DNA of 62,521 nucleotides, filler included, from Pirum gemmata (GCA_002812295.1; 13 parts of 13 records of this genome joined end to end with filler, not necessarily neighbours in it); one strand, 5' to 3'. Counted from the first letter of the whole stretch, positions 27,043-40,384 are shown. Made by a program: numbers and translations. The notes: generated from the sequence alone by a model not told the origin.

Positions 27043-28688
27043 AGGAATTGGGGTTTCTAGGTCTAGCTCTAGTCTTTAGCTTAGCTCCAGCAGTAGGGTT
27101 AGTAGGGTTCTGAATCTGAGAGTGTTCTGAGAGTGTTCTGAGCTAGCTTGGGTATCAATTAATTAAAGGGTAAAAACTGTAAAAACAAAAGAACTGTGGT
27201 ATGTGAGTCTATATATAATGTGACGTCTCATGCTTTTTAAAATCTAAAGCCTTTTCAAAAAAAATAGTCCTGAATTTCCCGTTTTTTTGTCCGAAAGCCG
27301 GGTTTATAATAAATAATGGCCACATCAAAATTGAAAATTCGATTATTTTTTTCACTGAAGTCCTTTTTTTATTATTATTAAATTTTTATATTCTACAAGC
27401 AAGGACTTCAAAAGTTTTTTTTATACGATTTCTCAAATTTTGTTTTTTGGATTTTTGAAGTATTTTGAGCTCATATCATAGCTAGCTGCATATGCCCTCC
27501 ACTAGCTAGCTACTAGCTAGCTAGGTAGGCTTGTGACGTATGTCGCCATTTTTATCCAGCTTGGTTTCATAGAAATCATAGACTACTTGTAAAAAAAAAA
27601 AAAAAAGGCTACTCTAGCTAGAGCAGCTAGTAGTAGATAGCTAGTAGCTACGGAGAGCGTTCAAATGCTACGTAACCGACGGTCAATTTCCAGTCAAATA
27701 CAGCTTACCCCTCCCTCTCCACTCTTCTCCACCTTCCCCTTTCTGGCCAAATACCACCTACCTACCTACCCCCTACCCCTTGACGTGACGTAGACGTGAC
27801 GTATTATTTGAACGCTGTATCGATAAAGTATCGATAATTAGCTTTAGTTCTTCTAGAGCTTTAGTTCTGAGCTTTAGTTAGCGATAAGTAGACTAGTAGT
27901 AGCGATAGTTACTACTATGACTATCAATACTATGATAGCTACTAGCTAACTAGCTACTACAAGCCACGGGCCCACGATAGACTAGCGATAGACTAACTAG
28001 CAGTATGTGTGCCTCCGATCTATGTGCATTCCAAAAACTTCCAAAAAGCACCAAAGCTCAAAGAGTGCTCAAAGAAATCAAAGACTACTCAAACTTCTCA
28101 AAGGGAGCGTTCAAAATTCAAATACTACGTAACAGGTTTCTTACTACGTAACGCCAATTTCCGGTCAAATACAGCTTCAAATACCCCCTACCTACCTACC
28201 CTTGACGTTAATTTCCAGTCAAAAAACGCCTACCTACCTTCCCCTTGACGTGACGTATTACTTGAACGCTCAAAGAAGTCTCAGGTTACAGTTATAAATA
28301 TAGTTTTAAATTTTGTTTCATAATATTTTGGTATAAGTTAATCATTTGATTTTCATTTAAAAAGTTTGGCTTTAAAAATATGGTTTTAATTAAACCTTTG
28401 TTCCTAGCTAGCATTATAGCGTTGTAGTTCTTGTTGTGGCTAGGTTGTTGTGGATATTGTTCGAGTTTTCGTCTATATTCGGATTTATATGTAATATTTT
28501 TTTGATATAGGTTAGTCATTCTATTCTACTAAGCTACCGGTACTTTTACCTAAGTCTTACTACCTGTGTTCAAAGATTTTTAGTTTGACTTCTGGGGTCT
28601 GGTGGAAATTCTTTGGAAAGGTGTTGACTCTAGTAGCTAGCTAATCGTAGTAGAGCTAGACTAGTTAGTAGTATCATATTAAGTTAAT

Positions 28689-28768
28689 AGTAGTAGTAGT
28701 AGCAGTAGTAGTAGCAGCAGTAGCAGCAGTAGTAGAAGTAGTAGAAGTAGAAATAGTAGTAGTAGCTA

Positions 28769-28830
<62 letters not shown>

Positions 28831-28923
28831 ATAGTAGTAGTAGTAGTAGTAGTAGTAGTAATAGTAGTAGTAGTAGTAGAAGTAGAGGTAATAGTAGTAG
28901 TAGTAGTAGTAGTAGAAGTAGTG
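28689..28923 (+). repeat. (AGT)n microsatellite at contig end
   Basis: Long near-perfect AGT run. Confidence 0.9.
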
Positions 28924-31388
28924 NNNNNNNNNNNNNNNNNNNNNNNNNNNNNNNNNNNNNNNNNNNNTTAATTAATTAANNNNNNNNNNNNNNNNNNNNN
29001 NNNNNNNNNNNNNNNNNNNNNNNTATTTATTATTTATTATTTATTAATTATTTATTATTAATAAATCAATAATAATTAATAATTATTGCGACTGTGGCTT
29101 ACTACAAAAGGCAAATTCTTACTATTTATGGTGTACAATTTACTTAATTGGGAAGCCGTAAATGGCTGTGGGTTGCGGAATTAGTGCCAATTTAAAGGGT
29201 CATTTATCGTGCATTTCATTTATTTTGTCCCTCTGAATATTTATTTGGAGGGTTATAATTTTTAAATTGTCATTTTTAAATCAATATATAGATAATAAAA
29301 TATACCGAATTAAATTAAATGGATGTATATTGTATTAATTTGGTACTATTTATTGTATATTTTATGATGACAAAACAAATAAAAAGCACTACACTATAGC
29401 TCTAGGACTCTTGTACTCTTTCACCCTCTAATCAATTTTGTAAGCCGCCGCGCGGCACCATATTTTTTCTGCCCTCATCAAAGAATCCATATATTACCAT
29501 AAGAAGACAGAATTTCCAATATATATATATATATAATTATATACCTATTTATGTAAGCATTATAACCAAAAAACGAAACTTCTAACATATTTTACCATAT
29601 ATGGTTCCGGCAGGGACTTTTCATGATAGACAGAACTATAGACAGGGTGCCTAGCTAGACCTACTTTTTATCATATATACAGTTGTTAAACTTGGTAGAC
29701 TATGAACGAGCTAGCTCTATGAACACTGTATGAACAACATTCTAGGAACAAATAACAAGTCTGATAGTTTTAGTATATTTAGAGTATATTTATTATAATA
29801 ATTTGGGGGAACTGGAATTTATTTGAGCTGGAAAATAAAATAGCTAGCCCCTTATCCTATCTATAGAGGGAGTCTATTTAGGTGGCCGTTAGGGTTAGGG
29901 TCTAACTAGTAGCTAGCTAGCTAGGGGTTAGGGTTAGGGTTAGGGTTAGGGTTAGGGTTAGGGTTAAAGTCTAGGGTTAGGGTTAGGGTTAGGGTTAGGG
30001 TTAGGGTTAAAGTCTAGGGTTAGGGTTAGGGTAGCTACTAGATAGCTAGACTAGGTACTGCTAGTAGTCTATATAAGACTAGGTCTATATAAGACTATCG
30101 ATATGATAGTAGTATGATAAAAAAAACCACTCGGGAACTCACTTGGGGCATTAATTTAAGTTATTCATACGTCATTTATACGTCATACATAACATCATAT
30201 AGAAAAACGTTATTCTTTTTATTACTAATTCCCAGACCGGTTAGAGTCAGCTTTAGAGTCCCCCTCTTAGCTAGTTACTAGGGGTAGTATCATGATCTGA
30301 TTCATGAACTTCATATCGGATATATGATATAGACTATAGCTAGTCTATATCGAGTTTGATATCATAAAATTATGATAAGTCTTATCATACAGATCTCAGA
30401 TATAAATCTAGCTAGTAGTAGTGCACTGCTTTTCAGTTGTTTTGTCATCATAAATAATAAATAGTACCAAAATTAATACAATGTAAATCCATTTAATTTA
30501 ATTTGGCATAATTTATTTTCTATGCATTGATTTAAAAAAATACCAAGATTATAACCCTCCGAATAAATATTCAGAGTGACAAAATGATAGACACCAACTT
30601 ACTGTAGACATAGACTAGCTACTAGTCTAGTAGTCTTACGGATAGGCACTTTGAAACCCTTACCTCACTCTTGGTCTTGACCCTACTTAACACTAAAAAC
30701 CAACCCTATCCCTATCCCAAACCCAAACCCTAACCCTAATCTTAATCCAAAACTGGGATCCAAAACCTGACCCTAACCCCATTTTTACAACAAATACTTC
30801 CTAACCCTAAACCATGCAACAAACCATTTTCTTATAACTCCTAACAAATAAAGTACATCATCTTGAAAAAAATGTAAATATTTTTTAATATGGTGACGTG
30901 TTAATATGGTGACGTCATATTAATTAGCTTCTTACATAGTGATATTAATTACATAACAATTTATTTAAATTGCATCGAATAGATTTACATTAAATTATTT
31001 TGATATTTTTTATTGTGCAATTTTTTATGATAAAACAAATGAAAACTTTTTAAAAATAAAGAAGAATAGAAAACAAAACAAAAAAATAAATAAAAAATCT
31101 TTATTTTTCAAAGAAAAAGGGATGAAAATATATACATAAGTATATAACATATCATCTTTAATATTTCATAACTCGGTAGACACTTATTAAAAACATTCAA
31201 CCAAAAGTTTATATATTCGTCAAGATATAGCAAAAACACTTTTTCGCTTAATCAGATGTTCAATGGCTGGAATACACGGCCAAAGACGGGTTTCACTGCA
31301 TTGACTTACTTTCTTTTTGAAGGTGAATATTTCATTTAATACGTGGAAATGTCTAGTAACGTAAAAATTGAGGCTGAATTGACAACAT

Positions 31389-32837
31389 TTAATATCTGTT
31401 TATATTACATATATTACAAAACAAAACAAAAGGTTAGTAAAAAGACCATACACAAATTAAGTTTACAACTATATAAATTACATAAGCTTTGCAAAAATGC
31501 AATATATGTGTTTAGTTTATAGGAGAGGAAATATAAACGATATCATTTAAAATAAAAATAGTAATAATAATAATAATAATATAACAAAAACAATAAAACA
31601 ATTTATAAAATAATCACGTACCTGTAATGACTAGGTTTGTAAGGACCTTCAATGTCAATACCCAAATATTTGGATTGTTTTTCGCTTAAAACAGTCAATT
31701 TAACACCCAATTTGGCCAAATGAGAACGAGCAACCATTTCATCTAGTTTCTTAGGTAAAAGATGAACACCAACATCGTATTTTTCTGCGTTAGTCCATAA
31801 TTCTATTTGAGCCAAAGTTTGGTTCGCGAAGGAAGCGGACATAACAAAAGATGGGTGACCAGTAGCACAACCCAAGTTAACTAATCTTCCTTCAGCAAGC
31901 AAGATGATGTGTCTTCCGTTTTTCATTCTATAACGATCTACTTGAGGTTTAACAGAAATCTTCTCAGCACAAGTTTCATTCAAATAATCAGCATCAATTT
32001 CACAGTTAAAGTGACCAATGTTGCACACTATAACATCATCAAGCATGACGTCAAAGTGTTCTTTAGTAATGATATCAGCACAACCAGTAGTAGTAACAAA
32101 GATCATAGCTTTGTCAGCAGCATATTCCATGGTGTTAACTTCGAAACCTTCCATAGCAGCTTGTAAAGCGTTGATAGGGTCAACTTCAGTAACAATAACA
32201 CGTGCTCCCATACCTTTAAGAGAAACAGCACATCCTTTTCCAACATCACCGTAACCTGCAACAACAGCAACTTTACCAGCAATCATAACATCAGTAGCAC
32301 GTTTGATACCATCCAAAAGAGATTCACGACAACCATACAAGTTATCAAATTTAGATTTAGTTACGGAATCGTTTACATTAATAGCAGGTACTTTCAATTT
32401 TCCGTTTTGCATCATTTTGTATAAGTTGTGTACACCGGTAGTAGTTTCTTCGGATAAACCTTTGATACCTTCTAAGTATTGAGGGAATTTATCGTGAACC
32501 ATGTTGGTCAAATCTCCTCCATCATCCAAAATCATGTTTAATGGTTGTCCATCAGGGAAAACAAGGGTTTGTTCAATGCACCATTCATACTCTTCTTCAG
32601 TTTCTCCTTTCCATGCATAAACTGGAACACCAGTAGCCGCAATAGCAGCAGCTGCATGATCTTGAGTGGAAAAGATGTTACAACTAGACCAAGTAACTTG
32701 AGCTCCCAAAGCAGTTAAAGTTTCGATCAAAACTGCAGTTTGAATAGTCATGTGAAGACAACCGCAAATTCTTGCACCTTTTAATGGTTGATCAGGACCA
32801 TATTTTTCACGGATAAACATAAGCCCTGGCATTTCAC
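31389..32837 (-). CDS. ahcY: S-adenosyl-L-homocysteine hydrolase (exons 32837-31622 and 31395-31389; first exon off the contig)
   Basis: Motifs [90 protein letters not shown]. Splicing AG|GTACGT...TACTAAC...CAG|A TAT TAA restores the conserved HYRY* end. Confidence 0.98.
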
Positions 32838-33205
32838 CTAGAAAATAAAAAATATAAAAAATGGAAAGGTCCTATTAGTTATAAACCAAAAAAAAACACT
32901 TCGTTTATAATGAAATGGCCCATATCTGTAATTATTGTTATTATTTTTTCTATTACTTTTATAATTCTAATACTACTAACAATACAAATACCAATAATAA
33001 TGATAATAAAAAATAACAATGATAATGATAATAATTATATTATATAACAAAAAATTTTAAATAAATAGTTAAAACAAAAATTAAACAATAAAAATTGAAA
33101 AATAAAAAATAAGCAATAATAATAATATTATCTTAATTAAAATTAAGATCATAATTACAAAAAACAATAACAAAAATAACAATAATAAAAATAAAATATT
33201 ACTTA

Positions 33206-33254
<49 letters not shown>

Positions 33255-33970
33255 TAATAAAAATCACAATAATCGCAATCATCAGAATCATAAATCATGA
33301 TCACAACAGTTACTAATAACTAATAATTGACAATAGCTAACAGTTAATAGTTAATAATAGCCAAAGTATGGATAATAATAATTAACAATACAACAATACA
33401 ACAATACAACAATACAACAATACAACAATACAACAATACATAATTAATCATAATTAATGAACACAAATAATAATTAACATGATAACAATTGATAATAATA
33501 ATAATAATAGAACTGCGGCAGATAATAAAAAAAATTACATAATATAATAATGATGATGATGATGAAAATAACCAAAAAATTAATAATTAAAACATAATAA
33601 ATAATAAATAAATAATAAGATCGACAAGTAAGAACAATAACAAATAATATATAATAACAACAAATAATATATAACAAATAATAATAACAAATAATAATAA
33701 CAAATAATAATAACAAATAATAATAATAAATAATAATAAATAATAAATNNNNNNNNNNNNNNNNNNNNNNNNNNNNNNNNNNNNNNNNNNNNTTAATTAA
33801 TTAANNNNNNNNNNNNNNNNNNNNNNNNNNNNNNNNNNNNNNNNNNNNCCAACCCCAACCCCAATCCCAACCCCAACCCTACCATATCCCTAACCATAAC
33901 CATGACCATAACCCTAACCATGAACCTGGTCCTAACTGGCCCTAACCCTGACACCAATACAAACACTTAC

Positions 33971-34488
33971 AAACGTTTGTATCCGTAATCATTTCAACAC
34001 TTGTCATTTCCAAATAATAATTGTTTCCGCATAGGTAAGGCGCAGCATTGTAAGTCTCCAACTGAATAGTTTCAGTGGCATTGGCAGTAATAAGCCAAGT
34101 AAACAAAACAACAATTAACTTAAGCATACTGGCGTTTGAAGAAAAAAAGATATGAAATTTATTCAGGGCAACGGTTAGATGCTGGGTAAATAAACAAGAT
34201 CGGAGTTATTAGGTTCAGGGTTTATTTCGTTAATATTGTAATATTAAAGAAATTAAAGCATAAATATAAGTATAAATGATATAAATATAAATATAAATAT
34301 AAATATAAATATAAATATAAATATAAATATAAATAACACAACTATAATTTATTAATATAAATATAAATATCTGATATAATATATAGATATAATTATGATA
34401 TGAATATATCATATAAAAAAAATAAAAAATAAAAAAAAATATGTATATTTTAGATCTTTATATACGTATTTTGGGCTACTCCAGGCAT
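33971..34488 (-). CDS. N-terminal exons of a putative secreted protein (exon 34128-33971; possible short first coding exon 34488-34466)
   Basis: Signal-peptide-like MLKLIVVLFTWLITANA follows a pyrimidine-rich CCAG acceptor. GTAAGT donor at 33970. Donor GTATAT at 34465 joins MPGVAQNT in frame. Confidence 0.55.
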
Positions 34489-34546
34489 AAGGCCTGGTCA
34501 GCTCATTTGGGTGTCCCTCCTGTGGCGACCGGATCTAGCACCCCTT
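34472..34546 (-). promoter_or_regulatory. Structured GC-rich RNA element resembling a TPP riboswitch aptamer (non-canonical)
   Basis: GGGGTGCT...ACACCC AAATGA GCTGACCAGG CCTTATG CCTGG AGTAGC parallels TPP GGGGUGC...AUACCC..UGAACCUGAUCAGG.UAAUGCCUGCGUAGG. CUGAGA and a clear P1 are absent. Confidence 0.35.
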
Positions 34547-35365
34547 CATTCGAAATTAATAGTACAAATTGGTTGTTAGAAGGTACTTTGACGTCATTAA
34601 GTCGTTCGGTCGTAAATAAAAATATAAAAAGTATTATTGTAAAAATATATAAAAAAAAAATGTATTTTTTTTGTTTTTATTTCTTTTCAGGCCTTTATTT
34701 CTAGGTCTTTTTTATATTGTCTTTATTAGCCGTACAAAGGCGTTGGGTTGGTCAGCAAAAAAAATAAAACTCATAATACAGCTTGTTATTAGTCTAGACT
34801 CTAGCTAGAGTCTAGACAAATCTTCTCATAACCTACAGCAATTAGTAATAGCAATAATGTACATTTACGAAAATTTACGAAATAAGCTTTTTTATTTACG
34901 GTAGTACATTTATGGGAACAAAATTTTGGCAACCAATGAATGGAAGATAGATAAAGCACTAAAAACTTTTAGACTAATAATATCCAAGCAGCCTGCATCC
35001 AAGTGCTAAAGTTTTGTAAAGCAATTTAGAGTCCAGTCACTCACAGCCCAGTGGTCCAGTAAACTGGAGCCAGTCAGTGCACTGCCCAGTGGACCAGGAT
35101 TATAAACAACCAAATAAATATTCAGAGTGATAAAATAAATGAAAAGCACAATATTAGTAATAACAATAACTTCAGAGTTGACCAATCAGTCAAATTCTCT
35201 CGCCCGAGCCCATGGCACTCTTAGATGGGCGGGAATAGCTATGATAGAGTTTTTAGGGTTAGGGTTAGGGTTAGGGTTAGGGTTAGGGTTAGGGTTAGCT
35301 AGCTAGCTGTGTAATAATATGTATGGCACAGCTTTTTAAAATTTTTAAAAAAATGAGCTTATGGC

Positions 35366-35880
35366 AGTAGGGGTGAGATGACGTCATTTTATTATTATTG
35401 AAACTTTTCCGATTTTATGGTTTTTATTACTATTAATGTTAATCTTATTACTTTAATTGGTATCTACTATAATTAGATTTACTATTTTAAGCTATGTAAC
35501 TGCTATTATTAGTAAGAAACACGGAACTAAAGTTGGCTCGATAAGCACCTGTTCGAAAAAAGTTCCAGTAGATATCTCACCCCTACTCTTATGCTTTCCA
35601 AGTTCAAAGTTTTTTTTTTTGAACTCCTTCCACTTAGTAGGGGTGAGATATCTACTGGAACTTTTTTCGAACAGATGTCTTATCGAGCCAACCTTAGTTC
35701 CTTGTTCTTTACTAATAATAGCAGATAAATAGCTTAAAATAGTAAATCTAATTATAGTAGTTACCAATTAAATTAATAATGATGACATTAATAGTAATAA
35801 AAACCTTATTTAAAAAAATCGAAAAAGTTCCGGCAGCTGTTCGACGCCAAATAATAAAATGACGTTTTCTAACCCCTACT
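35366..35880. mobile_element. ~515-bp palindrome formed by two inverted copies of a TIR element (35366-35587 and 35636-35880; TIR AGTAGGGGTGAGA)
   Basis: Each arm starts AGTAGGGGTGAGA and ends TCT(C/A)ACCCCTACT. The arms are reverse complements, which explains the near-identical ORFs 35457+ and 35492-. Confidence 0.85.
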
Positions 35881-36471
35881 TTCCACTTTCCTCCGCAAAT
35901 TCCATTTTTGTAAAAACTCCAAGCCAAAAATAATGATAATAATCAATCAAAATCTCACATTACACAACATTATTAATTAACAACATTTTTTAAAATAACA
36001 ACCCAAACAACAAAATAAATTATTACCACCATGGAACCCTACAAAACATGATCCCAATATATAATACAAAACAACACAGAACGATTATTTAAACTAGCAT
36101 ACAACTATCAGCATAACAACAACAAGTTTATTAACTACGAATTTTATGATATATTAATAAAACAAAATATTAATAATCCATTAATATTAATATTAATATA
36201 ACAACAATGTAAATATATATGTAAAAAAGAAACAACAAAAAACTAACAAAAATATCAATAGAAATTAACAAAAATATCAATAGAAATATGCGCAGAGTCT
36301 AAACCAATATTATAATTAATACCTCCAAATAGTTGGAAGCTTAAGTTACAAATGATCATGGCAAACAGTATTATAAAACACATAGGACAAAATCTCAAAA
36401 CAAAAACCTTTAATGACAACAACTTATTAAACAACCTTTGGAATATATATAGAACAAAATGAATGGGAAGA

Positions 36472-37140
36472 GATTAAGTCATGTATACGTATACGCAATA
36501 TTATAATCATGATCATCCGCATATTAACAATCGCATTGTTCTCATATCTCCATTGCTGTTGCTCATATGAAGATGATGATTATTATAATTATAAAGATTA
36601 AGTCATGCACTATAATTAATATTGTCTTAATTAACAATCATCTTTATATTAATATATAATAACTATATATAGCATTGTTCTCATATCTACATTGCTGTTG
36701 CTGTCATATTAATGAAGATAATATTATTATAAATGATTATTATTATAAGTATAAAGATTAAGTCATGAACTATATGGTTTTCTTAATAATCATGATCATC
36801 CTCATAATAACAATTGCATTGTTCTCATATTTCCTTTGCTGTTGCTGCTATGAAGATGGTGATTATTATTATAAGTATAAAGATTAAGTCATGTACTATA
36901 TAAACAGTAACAATAACATTGTTCTTATATCTCGCTGTTAACGTTGATGATGGTGATTATTGTTATATATAATATAAGTATAAAGATTAAGTCATGTACT
37001 ATATAGCTGTCTTAATAATCACCCTCATAATAACAATCGAATTAATTGTTCTCATAGATCCATTGCTTTTGTTGCTATAAAGATGATGGTGATTATTCTA
37101 TTTAAGTATAAAGATTAAGTCATGTACTTGCTAGCATTGT
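36472..37140 (+). repeat. Degenerate tandem repeat, ~105-160-bp unit, about 6 copies
   Basis: GATTAAGTCATG recurs near 36472, 36596, 36756, 36882, 36985 and 37112, each followed by ATTGTTCTCATAT..CATTGCTGTTGCT. Confidence 0.85.
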
Positions 37141-37496
37141 TCTCGAAAAAAAAATGTGAGAGGATAGATCTTTTATTAATTAAAAAAATTCCCATGATGG
37201 GCCTCCGACTCGATTACTTCATGTTAATTAGTATTAAAAGTCAAGGATTAACCCTAATCCTAAAATAACCCTAATAACCCTAACCCTAATAACCCTAATA
37301 ACCCTAACCCTAACCCTTACCCTAAAACCCTTACCCTAAAACCCTAACCCTAACCCTAACCCTAACCTAATCCTAACTGTTGGGGTTTGTAGGTTTGGTT
37401 GGGGTTGTTAGGTTTGGTTGCTGCTTTAAAAGTATTTTATTATTTTGATAAAATTAATAATATAAAATTTAAAGAGGATTTTTTCTTCTGTTTCTG

Positions 37497-37715
37497 GTGC
37501 AACATGGGTTAAATACACTTTTTGTGTTTATGGTTTTCAGGGGTTTCGTGTAGTTTTTCGCCTTGCGGGTTTCGCTGAGTTTGTGCAACATGGGTTAAAT
37601 ACACTTTTTGTGTTTATGGTTTTCCGGGGTTTCGGGTAGTTTTTCGCCTTGCGGGTTTCGCTGAGTTTTTGCGATCTTTGTTTGTTCTCGTGTTTGTTCG
37701 CGTGTTTGTTCGCGT
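37497..37715 (+). repeat. ~86-bp direct tandem duplication followed by a 12-bp GTGTTTGTTCGC minisatellite
   Basis: GTGCAACATGGGTTAAATACACTTTTTGTG...GCGGGTTTCGCTGAGTTT occurs twice. Confidence 0.85.
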
Positions 37716-38054
37716 GTCGGTTTGTGTGTTTGGTTTGTCTCAACAATTACCATCAATACAACCATTAATACTATCATTACCAAAAGATCTTTTCCACTAC
37801 CAATTAATATCGATGCTTGTAGTCAAAGTAGCTATAGGTAGCGGCAAAGTTCCAGACTCGTTCCGATTGACTTCACGGTACCGGTCTGTGAGAATTCCTG
37901 ATCACATCTGAAAAATCCCCTTTACTGATTTTAATTAAGGATTCATCGCTCAAAGTTTTTGTTGTTCTTACCCGTAGAATATGCCTTTCCAGTATTAATA
38001 TAAGTTTATTCCTTTTGCCCTTAACCACAGAACCATGACCCTGTTTAAGTTGTA

Positions 38055-38511
38055 TTAATACCGCGGATCTTTTTCTGCTAGTAAAAACTGTTCAATATGC
38101 AAATCACGATCAGCCAGAACTGTACATCCTTCCCATAACCTACAGAATAAAGGCTCATGATAATATCCCAACAATTCTTGGTCGGTTATGTTCTTATGGC
38201 AATTAGAAACATAAACAAAATGATCAGTATTAATGCAAGACATGGCAATTAAACAACGAAGGCAGTTTTTTCTTTTGAATTCCAATTGGTAAAGAATCTT
38301 TTCCCGTTGTTTTCAAGTGATTTTTGCACATTTTTAATTCAGCGTTAAAAAGTTTATCCTTATAATCTTTTTGAATATTAATAGCAAGATTGCTTTCTAA
38401 GAACTCTAGTTCTTGGGGTTTAAGTATTTTCAGCCATTGAAGTCTTATTTTCAACTTTTCGGGCCGATTTTGCTTTGTTTTGGGAAGAAAACTTATTAAA
38501 ACAATAACCAA
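38055..38511 (-). mobile_element. Internally deleted THAP + DDE_Tnp_4 (ISL2EU / PIF-Harbinger) transposase pseudogene
   Basis: SFLPK...IRLQWLKIL...MCKNHL...DSLP is a THAP-like P, W, CxxH, xxP pattern. It is frameshifted onto FVYVS...ITDQELL...LWEGCTVLADRDLHI, a variant of the ADRGF catalytic motif. Confidence 0.65.
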
Positions 38512-38702
38512 ATTGACAAGAACCTTTATCTCTCATGATTATTTAAAAATTCTTTTTTTTTTTTTTTTTTCGAAGAAANNNNNNNNNNNNNNNNNNNNNN
38601 NNNNNNNNNNNNNNNNNNNNNNTTAATTAATTAANNNNNNNNNNNNNNNNNNNNNNNNNNNNNNNNNNNNNNNNNNNNTTATTATTATCATTATTATTAC
38701 AG

Positions 38703-40384
38703 GGGCTTCACACGGGGAATATTGTAAACGTTGCAAAAAAGAGGGGATGGTGATTGTTAGAGATGAAAATAGTTTGATATCAGGAACATTGTCGAAAAAA
38801 CGCAAAGAAAAAATGGAAAAGAAAGAAAATATAAGAAAAAGCCTAAAGGTCATAAAAAATACAAAAAGTCCTAAAGGTCCTTTGAAAAAACCTAAAAAAA
38901 ATAAACTCGAGAAAAACAAAAGCAAAAACGAAATCAAAAACAAAGAAAACGAGAACGTAAACGAGAATGAAAAGGTTGGTGGTAATCATGATGGTAATCA
39001 TGGTGGTAATGAGAATATTAGAGAAACGCGTAGTACTAAGCAAATTTCGAATGATAATGCCAATAACGTTGTTATTACTGTCGATGGCGTTCATGGCGTC
39101 GAGAAGGTGTCTAATAGTAACGATAACAACAATGAAAACAACAACAATAACAGCAATAGTAAAATGATAAATAGCAACAGCTATAAGAAAAACAGTAGCC
39201 AGGATAATAAGGAAAAGAATATAAAAAATAATAACGATAAAGATAATAATAACAATGATAACAACATGGACAACAGCAGCACCAACAACACCAACAACAC
39301 CGACAAAACCGACAACACCAACAAGGCCAACACCAGCGATAGCAATAACAATAAGAACTATACCGGTAATAATAATAATAATGAAAAAAGCAATAATAAT
39401 TATGATAGGTTGGATGTTTACCCTAAATCCAATGATGTTTTCAGAAAATTCTCACCAAATTCAAGACGTTCTCCTAATTTTCAACACGAGCGCTTAAATA
39501 GTGAAAGCTGGGAATCCAGTGATAGCCCCGGCATAATAGACCTTTGCGAAAGTAGTGATGGTAGTTGCTCGCCCCTCGTCACTGACAAATTCCCACCTAA
39601 GTCACGTTCGGATACACTAAATTGGGAAGGTTTCCCGAAATCAGACTCAGAAGATTCCCCGAACTCTAATAACGAAGTAGACTCAGAGTTCAGTCCTTAT
39701 TGGGATGGGTACAGGTACTGTGAACCAAACTCGAGCCGAAAAGTTAGCAATAAAGGAAATACGTATTATAATTACAATAATAATTATAACAAACCTTATA
39801 ACAATGGTTCCTATTATCACAACCACAACCACAACCACAACCACAACCAAAGCCAATATAACGAAGATAGTAACAAAAACTGTAAGTACAACAACAACAG
39901 CAACAACAACAACAACAACAGTAGCGTAAACAGCATCATCTGCGGAAGCATCAACGACCGCGACAGCAACCGTGAGAGCATCAGCGACAGCAATAGTAAT
40001 AGTATCGACAGTAACAACATCAATAGCAGCAGCAGCAATAACAATATCGAGAACAACAACAAAAACAACAACAACAACAACAACAACATCAACAACATCT
40101 ACCACGGTAACAACAGTTCTATTGAAAATAATGATAAGTATTCACCAAGTTGCAAACGACAACGTAGCGGTTCTTGGGATGAACCACCCCTAGCTGATTA
40201 TGAGGCATTGCGTCGGCATTTAGATGATGCAGTAAGAGAAATCGATTCGTTACGTTATTCTTATGGTTATTGTGAACACAAAATACGGCATTTGGAAAGT
40301 TTAAATACCATACTAGGCGAAGAACGTAATTATTGGCGTACCCAGTATTATGATGCTTACAGTGATCAAGGTACTCCAAGGTAA
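38703..40384 (+). CDS. Large 3' exon of an Asn-rich protein (Lys-rich segment, Ser-rich middle, C-terminal coiled coil)
   Basis: 545-aa ORF, open upstream to a TTACAG acceptor (ASHGEYCKRCKKEG). Poly-Asn tracts, KRQRS and heptad-like YEALRRHLDDAVREIDSLRY...IRHLESLNTILGEERNYWR. Confidence 0.75.

Noticed and set aside
31909..32254. + strand ORFs within SAHH (likewise 45875, 47749, 60589, 61610)
   Set aside because: Antisense shadows of well-supported genes.
34466..34550. snRNA or H/ACA snoRNA reading of the two-hairpin island on the + strand
   Set aside because: An Sm-like ATTTTGG precedes it, but no U1/U2/U4/U5/U11/U12 signature and no H or ACA box is present.
35457..35767. Two similar 91-aa ORFs on opposite strands
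   Set aside because: A consequence of the DNA palindrome; no protein motif.
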